Assembly: GCA_041695225.1 (NCBI GenBank)
Contig: JBGFRI010000004.1
Coordinates: 1 to 64,000, forward strand
Direction of reading: 5' to 3'
DNA: 64,000 nt
Source: Deinococcota bacterium
Lineage (GTDB): Bacteria > Deinococcota > Deinococci > Deinococcales > Thermaceae
Of the stretch, positions 1 through 13,808 are shown in pieces. The notes beneath the pieces are model-generated. The model searched no databases, had not been told where the DNA came from, and saw only the letters and a program-made list of their open reading frames with translations. Position 1 is the first letter of the stretch. The number at the start of each line of letters is the position of its first letter. The translations under genes and the position numbers were made by a program.

Positions 1-116
1 CTGGTGGCCTGCATGCGCAAGCTCTTGGTGATCCTAAACGCCATGCTTCGTTCCCATACTGCCTGGCAACACCCTCTTGTGCTCAGTCCCGCTACTTGAC
101 ATTCAAGACGGTTGCT
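1..116 (+). mobile_element. 3' end of an IS110-family element (transposase C-terminus 1..99 plus short right end)
   Basis: Frame 1 reads LVACMRKLLVILNAMLRSHTAWQHPLVLSPAT*, matching the A(C)xRKLLxxxxAML C-terminal motif of IS110 transposases; followed by CTTGACATTCAAGACGGTTGCT and then a REP-like repeat. Confidence 0.8.
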
Positions 117-160
117 TCGACTGCCCCTTCGCGGGCTCAGGACAAGGCTCAGGACAAGTC
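115..160. repeat. REP-like palindrome (CTTCGACTGCCCCTTCG...GCTCAGGACAAG family)
   Basis: Same motif on the opposite strand at ~3618-3693; related copies at ~14459, ~14805-14865 and ~26030-26055. Confidence 0.65.
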
Positions 161-225
161 TCGGCCACTCCTTCGCCCAGTCTATGGGCTAGGGCCTAGG
201 TTACGCCTTTGGGTCCTTCAAATCT

Positions 226-987
226 CTACGGACCCAGTTTGCGCTTAAGGTACAGCAGCAAGTCCTCCAGTGCGGTTCGCAAGGCCCGTTGCTCGCGCAG
301 AATAGCCTCGATCCGGTCTTCTGGGCTGGTCAGGGTCAGGGCTTTGAAAATCATGTTGGTGTTGCCGCAACGCGGACAGGGTACGGTGGGAGGGGAGCTA
401 GAGGGAGCGTAGAAAATGCGGGTGTTGTCACGGGTGCAGAGCATGTATTTGGCGCCTGAAGCCTCGCCACGCCGGATGGCTTCGGCCAGTTCTTTGGCCT
501 CTTCGGTAGCATAGCCCAAAAAGAAGTCGCCCCCCACTTCCTCAATCGAAGGTAGCGCCTCGCGGGTGGCAGTGAGGTCGGACTTGAGTCCGCGTGGCGC
601 CGTCCAGGATATACCGTTCCATTTGAAGTGGCGCAGGTGGCGTTTGCGCACCTTGTCCTCAATTTCGACAATCAGGTTGACCTCGGGGTCCTTGGGGTAG
701 TAGTACAGGCGCACCGCCGCCACCCCAGAAAGGGCCGGCTCGGGCGGCATGGTGTAGGATAGCGGTCCATCGGCCTTGAGCCGGCTGCTGTAACCCACCA
801 GGTTTTGCAGGTCGTAAAGGGTCAGGCCCGGATGTTCAAAGTCACCCTCCAGAAATGCCCGCACCTTGGCAAAAGCTTGCTCGAGGCCCAGATCCACCAT
901 AGCTAACCAGAGTTTATCATCAAGACTGCCGGGGCGGTTCTCGGGCAGTTGATGGATACCAGTCGGTAGCTTAGGGCCCCGGGGCAT
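226..987 (-). CDS. hypothetical protein with C-terminal putative zinc ribbon and coiled coil
   Basis: 253-aa ORF with host-like codon usage; CTRD...CPRC followed by a heptad-like helix. Confidence 0.75.
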   Translation of the reverse strand: MPRGPKLPTGIHQLPENRPGSLDDKLWLAMVDLGLEQAFAKVRAFLEGDFEHPGLTLYDLQNLVGYSSRLKADGPLSYTMPPEPALSGVAAVRLYYYPKDPEVNLIVEIEDKVRKRHLRHFKWNGISWTAPRGLKSDLTATREALPSIEEVGGDFFLGYATEEAKELAEAIRRGEASGAKYMLCTRDNTRIFYAPSSSPPTVPCPRCGNTNMIFKALTLTSPEDRIEAILREQRALRTALEDLLLYLKRKLGP

Positions 988-1002
988 AGCCTGGTAAAAA
1001 TG

Positions 1003-1180
1003 TCGCAGGTTACAGGTCTAAGGCCAAAGGTCTAAGGTCGGTGTAGAGTCTAGGGTCTAGAGTATAGGGTCGAGGGTCTGTGACGGTTTCGTGCTTTGGC
1101 TTTCGGCCTTCGTCTTTCGACCTTCGACCAAGCGCGCAAGCGCTTCGACCTGCGGCTTGCGACACGCGACTTGAGACATC
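1003..1180. repeat. degenerate heptamer tandem array (GGTCTAA/GGTCGAA and inverted TTCGACC) around a conserved core
   Basis: Visible 7-nt periodicity; core GGTCTGTGACGGTTTCGTGCTTTGGC recurs inverted at ~10075-10100 and degenerate at ~31237-31262. Confidence 0.75.
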
Positions 1181-1199
1181 ACCGAAGCCGTGCCAGTCT

Positions 1200-3092
<1,893 letters not shown>

Positions 3093-3371
3093 CTTGGATC
3101 CCGGTCTCCTTAAAGCGCTCTCCCAAGCCAGAGAGGATTGAGCGCACAGGCTACGGTCTGAATGTCTGGGTGCAAGCACTGGTACGAGCACCTACGGCAT
3201 CCTCCGTGCGCTGTCCAGCAAAAGTGTAGGGCAAATTGTCTGTAGATGCTATAGCACTCGGCAGGAAAGATGCTCAAACAGCACTTTCTCCCCGCCGGGC
3301 CTAAGTTGCTTAGTGGTCGGTAACATAACGCCCAGAGTGCCCGTCAGTGCTTGGAGACCACTGGCCTCCCT

Positions 3372-3700
3372 TTCGTTCTTGCGAGGAGGGCCTACTCCCC
3401 CGTCGTTGCGAGGAGGCCACAGGCCGACGAAGCAATCCAGGAGTGGGTCGAAAGCCCACTAGCTGCCGGGGTGATCTGGATTGCTTCGCGCTCTACGAGC
3501 GCTCGCAATGATGACGTGCCCATGCTCACGTCATGACGAGGCCACAGGCCCACCCTAGTCATTACTCGGTGGCTCCAGGCCGACGAAGCAATGGACTGAG
3601 TGACGAAGTGGTAGGGGCTTGTCCTGAGCCTTGCCCCGAGCCTTCGGGCCGAGGCCCCTAAGGCCGAGGGCTCGTCGAAGGGGCAGTCGAAGGGATGGGG
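3372..3700. repeat. cluster of REP/REPIN-like repeats (GTCATTGCGAG...GACGAAGCAATC family plus CTTCGAC..GCTCAGGACAAG family)
   Basis: TTGCGAGGAGGCCACAGGCCGACGAAGCAATCCAG with inverted CTGGATTGCTTCG..CTCGCAATGA; same family at ~14545, ~14932 and 54408-54557. Confidence 0.75.
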
Positions 3701-3816
3701 GTGAGTAGCGCTACGCGCTGTCGAAAGCCGAAGGTCAAAGGTCTAGAGCATTGCTGGTGGCCTTCGACTTTCGACCTTTGACATTTCTTACTGGCTGCCG
3801 GAGCGATCTGGACAGA

Positions 3817-5592
<1,776 letters not shown>

Positions 5593-5817
5593 CGGTACCT
5601 CCTCTTATTGCAGGAGGCTCTCACAGTGTCGGGTCCGGACGGCGTCTAGATACTGCTAATGGATGCACATAAGCTCACACGCCAAACCAGAGGTAGATCG
5701 CTGCTATGTCGCGCTACACCAAGCCGCCCCTTAACCCGGTGGACTGCCACCGGGCGAACATGGATGAAAATGGCTTCCTGGCCCTTCATACTGGGAGAAC
5801 CCCATCTAGCAAGCAGT

Positions 5818-6867
5818 TCAAGCTTCGGCAACCTCAGCCGAGGACTCCTCGTCCCCTTCTGGGGCGGCCAGTACCGATAGCTTACCAGCTTGGGCCAGAA
5901 CTTTCTCGCGGATCTCCTGGGCCAGCCGGGGTTCACCCCGCAGGAACTCGGCGGCCTTTTCCTTGCCCTGGCCCAGCCGGGTATCGTTATACGAGAGCCA
6001 GGAACCCGCTTTGCCCACCACCTCGGTGGCAATGGCTACCGTTACCAGATCGGCCAGGGGGTCAATACCTTTGCCGAAGTACAGCTCAATCTCGTGCTCG
6101 CGAAAGGGCGGGGCCAGTTTGTTCTTGGTCACCTTGACCCGCACCCGGTTGCCAACGGCTTCATTGCCCACCTTGATGGGCTGCCCCTGTCTGCGTACAT
6201 CCAGACGCACTGAGGCATAGAACTTGAGGGCCCGGCCGCCAGGAGTAGTCTCGGGGTTGCCATACATGACCCCCACCTTTTCGCGAATCTGGTTGATGAA
6301 GATGGCGGCGGTATTGCTCTTAGACAAAACGGCAGTCAGTTTGCGCAGGGCCTGGCTCATCAAGCGGGCCTGGATACCCACAAAAGCATCACCCATCTGC
6401 CCCTCGATCTCGGCCTGGGGCACCAGGGCCGCCACCGAGTCAATTACGATTACATCTACCGCCCCCGAGCGGGTCAGGAGTTCGACAATTTCCAGGGCCT
6501 GCTCGCCGGTATCAGGCTGGGAGACCAGTAGATCATCGGTGTTGACCCCCAGGCTCCTGGCGTAGATGGGGTCCAGGGCGTGCTCGGCATCCACAAACGC
6601 CGCCACCCCTAAAGCCCGCTGGGCCTGGGCCAGAATCGAAAGGGCCAGGGTGGTCTTGCCACCTGACTCGGGCCCATAAATCTCGATGATCCGGCCCTTG
6701 GGAATCCCGCCGATGCCCAGGGCCATATCCAGCCCCAGGCTTCCGGTGGAAATCACGTCCACTTGTTGCCGGGGCACCTCGCCCAGTCGCATTACGGCCC
6801 CTTTGCCAAACTGTTTCTCGATGGACTTCAGGGCTCCTTCCAGCGCTTTTTGTTTCTCCTTATCCAT
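5818..6867 (-). CDS. recA: recombinase RecA
   Basis: GPESGGKTT Walker [25 protein letters not shown]. Confidence 0.99.
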   Translation of the reverse strand: MDKEKQKALEGALKSIEKQFGKGAVMRLGEVPRQQVDVISTGSLGLDMALGIGGIPKGRIIEIYGPESGGKTTLALSILAQAQRALGVAAFVDAEHALDPIYARSLGVNTDDLLVSQPDTGEQALEIVELLTRSGAVDVIVIDSVAALVPQAEIEGQMGDAFVGIQARLMSQALRKLTAVLSKSNTAAIFINQIREKVGVMYGNPETTPGGRALKFYASVRLDVRRQGQPIKVGNEAVGNRVRVKVTKNKLAPPFREHEIELYFGKGIDPLADLVTVAIATEVVGKAGSWLSYNDTRLGQGKEKAAEFLRGEPRLAQEIREKVLAQAGKLSVLAAPEGDEESSAEVAEA

Positions 6868-6919
6868 ATAAACTCCCGTTCAACGCCAACTGCAAAGTTA
6901 TTCACCCAACATAAACTGC

Positions 6920-7447
6920 TCAAGAAGGCAACTCGGCCAGGGTAAACTCTTCTACCACCCGATACTGTGAGCCCGAGGGTTCCAGTACCGACTCTACCAA
7001 GCATACTGCTTTGGCCCTGAACTGAAGATTCATTACCAGGGGCCCGACTCTGGGGGCCGGGCCTTTTTTGCGGGCCAGGGTCAGGTGGGGGTGAAACTGC
7101 CCCTGGGGCTTTATATCCGCAAGGGCCTGTTCTAAGCCCTTGGCCAGGGGCTCGAGGCCTCCGCCGGTCGCCTTCACAAACCAGATCCTGGGGGAGCTCG
7201 AGGCCGGGAAGTATCCCGTTCCACCAAGTGTTACTTCAAAAGCCGGAACCGCGGCCGCCACCTCTGTTCCAATTCGGCAGAACTCCGACAAGCGCTGGGC
7301 GGGCTGTTCTCCCAAAAAGAGCAGGGTGATGTGAAGCTGGTGGCTCTGGATCGGCTTCCAGCCCTTGAAGCTTTGCAGCTTTTCTTGGGCCTCGCCTAGT
7401 GCCTCTTGCACCTTGCGCGGGGGGAAAATGGCGTAAAAGAGCCTCAT
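6920..7447 (-). CDS. thpR: RNA 2',3'-cyclic phosphodiesterase (2'-5' RNA ligase, 2H family)
   Basis: MRLFYAI start, two HxT motifs (HITL, HLTL), position between cinA and recA. Confidence 0.92.
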   Translation of the reverse strand: MRLFYAIFPPRKVQEALGEAQEKLQSFKGWKPIQSHQLHITLLFLGEQPAQRLSEFCRIGTEVAAAVPAFEVTLGGTGYFPASSSPRIWFVKATGGGLEPLAKGLEQALADIKPQGQFHPHLTLARKKGPAPRVGPLVMNLQFRAKAVCLVESVLEPSGSQYRVVEEFTLAELPS

Positions 7448-7544
7448 CAGGGCTCCCTTCGGTCGCATCTAGAGTCGGGGGTCGAGGGTCGAGGGCTAAG
7501 ATACCTAGCGCCTTCTATGGCCAGACCCCGCAGCAACGTAGCCC

Positions 7545-8756
7545 TCATGCTCTGCTCCGCAATTCCGCGACCAGGAAGGCCAGCGCTGCGTGGGCGGCAC
7601 GCTGGCGCAGCACTTCGCGGCTGGCACCTGGCAGGCGGTAGTGTTTGGACCTGGTGCCGTGCGGTCCCGCCAGGCCAGTGTAGAGGGTGCCAACCGGCTG
7701 GCCTTCCAGCTCTTCCGGCCCGGCTACACCGGTGGTAGAGAGGGCATAGCTTGAATTCAGCGCACTGCGGGCGGCTGCTGCCATAGCCTCGGCGAATTCG
7801 GCTGAAACCCGGTTGTGCTGGACAGCCAGATTCTCTGAAATTCCCATCGGCAATTTGGCGGCAGGGTTATGGGAAACCAGCCCGCCAACGTAGCTTATGC
7901 AATCGCTGTCTGTCCCCGTGAGGAGCGCTGCCAGAACCCCTCCCGTTACCGACTCACAAGTGGCCAGGGTAGCCCTTTTGGCTTCAAGTGTGTTCAGGGT
8001 AAGCAGTGGCAAGGTGTCGGCGTCCTGTCCCCACAGGGCCTCGCCCAGCAGCGGGCGGATGCGCTGGGAAAGCCAGTCTACCTGGTCGGGCTCACCCCGC
8101 AACACCACCGCTACCCCGTCGGCCTTGGCATAGGTGCCTACCTGGGTTTTGCCATTGCGCCAGAACAACCCGCCCAGAAGCTCCACAATGCGCGACTCGC
8201 CCAGACCAAAGGTTTTGAGAATTATCTGCTTGTAGGGGTGGGGTGGCAGGTTTAGCCTGGGCAAAACCTCGGCCCACATCGGCTGCCACTCACTGGGAGG
8301 CCCCGGCAAACAGACCAAATCTCTGCCTTCCTGGTGAACCCACCAGCCCGGGGCAGTGCCTTTAGGGTTGGCGATCCAGGTAGCGGAGGGGATTTTTAGG
8401 GCCTGTTTGCGGTTTGCTTCGGGCATCTTCCAGCCCCGACCTTCAAACAGCTTTTCCAGCCACGCCAGCACTGCGGGATCGAGCTCTAGTTCCTCGCCCA
8501 GCGCTAAGGCGATGGCCTCGCGGGTAATGTCGTCGGGAGTGGGGCCCAGGCCCCCCGACAGCACCACCAGCCGGGCCTTACTCCAGGCCAGGCGCACCTC
8601 TTGAGCGAGCGCCTCGAGGTGGTCGGCTACCCGCAGGGTTCGGTGTACATTCACCGAGTAGGGCTGAAGACTAACGGCGATTTCAGCCGTATTGGTATCT
8701 ACGGTTTCACCGTATAAGAGCTCATCACCCACCCCGATTATTTCTGCTATAAACAT
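7545..8756 (-). CDS. cinA: CinA family protein (MocF-like plus NMN deamidase domain)
   Basis: GDELLYGETVDTN, SGGLGPTPDDITR, LPGPP, ESVTGG, STTGVAGP. Confidence 0.95.
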   Translation of the reverse strand: MFIAEIIGVGDELLYGETVDTNTAEIAVSLQPYSVNVHRTLRVADHLEALAQEVRLAWSKARLVVLSGGLGPTPDDITREAIALALGEELELDPAVLAWLEKLFEGRGWKMPEANRKQALKIPSATWIANPKGTAPGWWVHQEGRDLVCLPGPPSEWQPMWAEVLPRLNLPPHPYKQIILKTFGLGESRIVELLGGLFWRNGKTQVGTYAKADGVAVVLRGEPDQVDWLSQRIRPLLGEALWGQDADTLPLLTLNTLEAKRATLATCESVTGGVLAALLTGTDSDCISYVGGLVSHNPAAKLPMGISENLAVQHNRVSAEFAEAMAAAARSALNSSYALSTTGVAGPEELEGQPVGTLYTGLAGPHGTRSKHYRLPGASREVLRQRAAHAALAFLVAELRSRA

Positions 8757-8758
8757 AA
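8742..8758 (-). promoter_or_regulatory. RDRM-like 17-bp palindromic operator overlapping the cinA start codon
   Basis: TTATGTTTATAGCAGAA on the minus strand fits the Deinococcus radiation/desiccation response motif TTxxG-N7-CxxAA. Confidence 0.7.
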
Positions 8759-8768
8759 TGCCTCCTAT

Positions 8769-8797
8769 AGATTACAACATTTGGTGAAATGCGTCAA
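8769..8797 (-). promoter_or_regulatory. sigma70-type promoter of the cinA-thpR-recA operon
   Basis: TTGACG-17 nt-TAATCT followed by the AGGAGG RBS. Confidence 0.7.
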
Positions 8798-8925
8798 AGG
8801 TGGAAGTCGCGCCTACATCATACGGACTGGAACCAGAAGGGGGAGCGCAGCGCTTTGCGCCAGCTGGTATGAAAGTGGGCACAACTAGGGTGTAAGTTAG
8901 CTCGAAAGCTTAGCCTCGCCACCAG

Positions 8926-9906
8926 CTACTTTAGCGGTAACGCCGCGACGGTAGCCGAACAGCCTTCGACCTGCACCTGGTCGCCAGAGACCAGCTCCTT
9001 ACGCAACAGGGCTAGTGCAACAGCCCCCAGGTCGGGCGAGTCTACGGCGGTGCCAACCCTGCCAACCCGCTTACCCTGGCGGAAGACCTCGGCCCCGGTG
9101 GGGATTTCCTTCTGGCCCAGCAGGCCCATTAGCTGGTAACGGGTGCTGCCGCGGGCCTCGAGCCGGGCCATTATCTCCTGCCCCAGGTAGCAGCCTTTTT
9201 TGTAGTTCACCCGGTCGTCCCAGCCTACTTCCTGGGGAAGCTCGCCCAGGGCTTCGGGCAGGTCGGCCTGGCCGCGCTCGACCCGCCAGATCTGCCAGGC
9301 TTCGCGGCCAGCAGGGGAGGCTCCACTTTCCAGCAGCATCTGGGCAAGCAGACTGGCCTGATCGGCGGCTATAAACAGCCAGAGCCCAGAATCATCTCTG
9401 GCCATGACCAGTGCTTCGGCTTTACTGATGCCCCACCTGGGTGGAAGCTGGCCCAGGTGTGGTGCAACCTGGTCGGCTTTGGGACCTTGAAGCCTCAGGA
9501 GCTGCCACTGCTGGGGCTCATCTACTTCTACCTGGTCAAAGACAATGTATCGGCGGAAGCGACGGGCCAGCACCGCGGCCGTAGGGGAGCTAACCCAAAG
9601 AAACCCGCCTAAGTTGAGTACCTGGCCAAAGTGTTCGACCTGTCCCCGGCTGTTGAGGAAGATGGTCTTTAGCCAGCTTCCTTCGGGCATGAGGCGTATA
9701 TCGGAGGTGCACTGGTTGTGCAAAAAATCGCGCCGGTCCACACCCCTCAGCTCGATCAGGCCGTAGTCGGTGAAATCGAGCAGGGCTGCGCCATGCCGGA
9801 GGGCCTCGAGCTCGGCCCCGACCGCGCCATAGCTCCAGGGAATTTCCTGCTCCCCCTGGGTGCGCCAGGTAACCCCAAGCGACTGGTGCAGATCTCGTAG
9901 TGACAT
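8926..9906 (-). CDS. ygfZ: folate-binding protein YgfZ / GcvT family
   Basis: KGCYLGQE signature, GcvT-like N- and C-terminal regions. Confidence 0.92.
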   Translation of the reverse strand: MSLRDLHQSLGVTWRTQGEQEIPWSYGAVGAELEALRHGAALLDFTDYGLIELRGVDRRDFLHNQCTSDIRLMPEGSWLKTIFLNSRGQVEHFGQVLNLGGFLWVSSPTAAVLARRFRRYIVFDQVEVDEPQQWQLLRLQGPKADQVAPHLGQLPPRWGISKAEALVMARDDSGLWLFIAADQASLLAQMLLESGASPAGREAWQIWRVERGQADLPEALGELPQEVGWDDRVNYKKGCYLGQEIMARLEARGSTRYQLMGLLGQKEIPTGAEVFRQGKRVGRVGTAVDSPDLGAVALALLRKELVSGDQVQVEGCSATVAALPLK

Positions 9907-9974
9907 GAGTCTAGTTTAAACCAATCTCAACCCGAGTAATCCTATCGAGGTTACCCAGTATTATACACTCAACT

Positions 9975-10125
9975 GGTCGAAGGGCGAAAGCCGAAGGCCG
10001 AAGGCCAAGAAGCGCTAACGCGCTTGGTCGAGGGTCTGAAGTCAAGGGTCGCGGGACAAAGGCTTATGCCGATAGCCAAAGCACGAAACCGTCACAGACC
10101 CTCGACCCTAGACTTTAGACGTGCG
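9975..10125. repeat. heptamer tandem array with conserved core (inverted copy of the 1003-1180 element)
   Basis: GGTCGAA/GGCCGAA units, AAGCGCTAACGCGCTT palindrome, GCCAAAGCACGAAACCGTCACAGACC core. Confidence 0.75.
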
Positions 10126-10178
10126 AAGACAGGAGCACTCACCCTGCTGTGAAGTTATCGCCGGCAAACCTGGATTTC

Positions 10179-10664
10179 CTAGGGCAGCACCGCCACCCTG
10201 GCCACCATGTTGCTAAATCGCAGGGTTGTAGCCGTGGTGAAACCCCTATCGAGCCTCACTCCAATCCACAAAGTCCCGCGGTTGATGCCGTTAGTAATTC
10301 TAGAACCGGAAAGCCTGAGTGGCTGGGTTGCTCCGGCCTGAAAGCTGGCGCTGCCCACAGGCTGGATATCGGGATCATCAGGATCGCAGATATATACTCC
10401 GTGTGCCGGTGGGCAGGGTTCACTGTCTGCAGCGTAAAAATGCAGACTGATAGGGCCTTCCTGGAAGGTCAGGCTACCTTCCAGGGAAGCGTACTTGATG
10501 TTAACCGGTGGGGGCCTGAACTCTCGCTTTACAAACACCACCGATCTCATATCGCTCCAAACTGGTGGAACCCCAACCTCAAAATCTCCCAAAGGAACTG
10601 TAAGCGGCGCGCGCGTGCAGCCCAAAAGTATTCCCAGTAGCAAAGCGATAACAGCTACTCTCAT
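10179..10664 (-). CDS. putative lipoprotein, unknown function
   Basis: MRVAVIALLLGILLGC signal peptide with lipobox; TATACT shortly upstream; start chosen to avoid overlap with pyrC. Confidence 0.75.
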   Translation of the reverse strand: MRVAVIALLLGILLGCTRAPLTVPLGDFEVGVPPVWSDMRSVVFVKREFRPPPVNIKYASLEGSLTFQEGPISLHFYAADSEPCPPAHGVYICDPDDPDIQPVGSASFQAGATQPLRLSGSRITNGINRGTLWIGVRLDRGFTTATTLRFSNMVARVAVLP

Positions 10665-10680
10665 GACTGCCAAGTATAGC

Positions 10681-12039
10681 TCAGACTTGCGCAGGATCCT
10701 GTTCATAGACACTCCGGCCCTCCACCAGGGTCGTGGCCGGCCATCCCCGTAAAACCCAGCCTGTCCAGGGGCTGAATTTGGCCTTGGAAGCAAACGACCT
10801 GGGGTCTACGACACGCTCCGCGCCCGGGTTCCACAGCACCAGGCTGGCCTCGGCACCTTCTACCAGGTGAATGGGGGAGAAGCCCAGCACCCGGCGGGGG
10901 CCATCGGTAAAGCGTTCGATCAGGGTGTGGAGGGGAAAGCCTCGTCCCACCACCAGCTCGGTATAGAGCAGGGGCCAGCAGACCTCGAGGCTGGGAATAC
11001 CAAACGGAGCCCGCAGCATATCCAGCTCTTTTTCGTCCTGGGTGTGGGGGGCGTGGTCGGTACCGATGCAGTCTATGCTGCCGTCCAGCAGCCCTTCTAT
11101 CAGCGCTTCCAGATCGGCCTGGGTACGCAGCGGCGGGGCCACTTTGAAGATGGGGTTGAGGCTGTTGAGGCTCTGGTCGGTAAGGGTCAGGTGATGCGGC
11201 CCGACCTCGGTGGTGATGGGCAGTCCCTCGGCCCTGGCCTGGCGGATCAGCTCCAGCCCCCGGCGGCTGCTCAGATGCTGCACGTGCAGAAGGGTTTGTT
11301 TTTGACCCTCGACCTGTGTATTGCGACCTTCGACCTTCGACCTTTGACCTGCCTCTTGCGACCCTCGGCTTTCCACATACCGCACAATCTCCAGATCCCG
11401 GGCGATTCGGGCGCTTTCCGCAAAGCTGGTATTGCCCGGCAGCCCCAGCCGAAACGAGACCTCGCCCTCGTTCATCACCCCGCCCCGGCGCAGACCGGCG
11501 TCCTCGGCGTGTACCGAGACCAAAAGCCCCCACGAGGCGGCATACTGGAGGCCCTGGGCCAGCACCCCGGCGTCTTCGTGGGTGCGCCCGTCGTCGGTGA
11601 GCATTACCGCCCCGGCCTCGCGCAGCAGCCGGGCCTCGCTCAGAATTTTGCCCTCCTGCCCCTGGGTGAGCGCTGCCGCCGGGTGGAGCCGTGCCTGGCC
11701 AATGCTGGCAGCTTTTTTCTTGAGCGCGGCCACTATTTCGGCGCTGTCCACCACCGGGCTGGTATTGGGCATCGAGACCACGTCGGTGTAGCCCCCTCTT
11801 GCAGCCGCGGTGAGTCCGCTGGTCAGGTCTTCCTTCACCTCCTGCCCTGGCTCGCGCAGGTGGGCGTGGGGGTCGAAAAACCCTGGCGACATGACCATCC
11901 CCGCTGCGTCCATCACCTTCGGGGCCTCGCCCCCCGAGAGTGAGAGAATTCGCCCCTCGCCGATCAGCACATCGGCCCTGCCATGCTCCCCGCGCCCATC
12001 CACCAGGTTTGCGTTTCTGAGTAAAATCTCGCCTTTCAT
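10681..12039 (-). CDS. pyrC: dihydroorotase (with an in-frame repeat-derived insertion)
   Basis: [33 protein letters not shown] motifs; in the pyr operon. Confidence 0.96.
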   Translation of the reverse strand: MKGEILLRNANLVDGRGEHGRADVLIGEGRILSLSGGEAPKVMDAAGMVMSPGFFDPHAHLREPGQEVKEDLTSGLTAAARGGYTDVVSMPNTSPVVDSAEIVAALKKKAASIGQARLHPAAALTQGQEGKILSEARLLREAGAVMLTDDGRTHEDAGVLAQGLQYAASWGLLVSVHAEDAGLRRGGVMNEGEVSFRLGLPGNTSFAESARIARDLEIVRYVESRGSQEAGQRSKVEGRNTQVEGQKQTLLHVQHLSSRRGLELIRQARAEGLPITTEVGPHHLTLTDQSLNSLNPIFKVAPPLRTQADLEALIEGLLDGSIDCIGTDHAPHTQDEKELDMLRAPFGIPSLEVCWPLLYTELVVGRGFPLHTLIERFTDGPRRVLGFSPIHLVEGAEASLVLWNPGAERVVDPRSFASKAKFSPWTGWVLRGWPATTLVEGRSVYEQDPAQV

Positions 12040-12111
12040 ATGACTCCTTGCATTTGCGCCGATGGCCGATAGCGGATAGCAAAAGAGCTATGGGCTATCG
12101 ACTATTCGTTA

Positions 12112-13760
<1,649 letters not shown>

Positions 13761-13808
13761 CTACGGCCTCGAGGCTCAACTGGTCAACAACTGAGCTACA
13801 CTAGGGGT

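Noticed and set aside
10703..12082. 459-aa alternative-frame ORF over pyrC
   Set aside because: Arg/Gly/Pro-rich shadow ORF typical of high-GC DNA, with no motifs; fully overlaps a well-supported gene.
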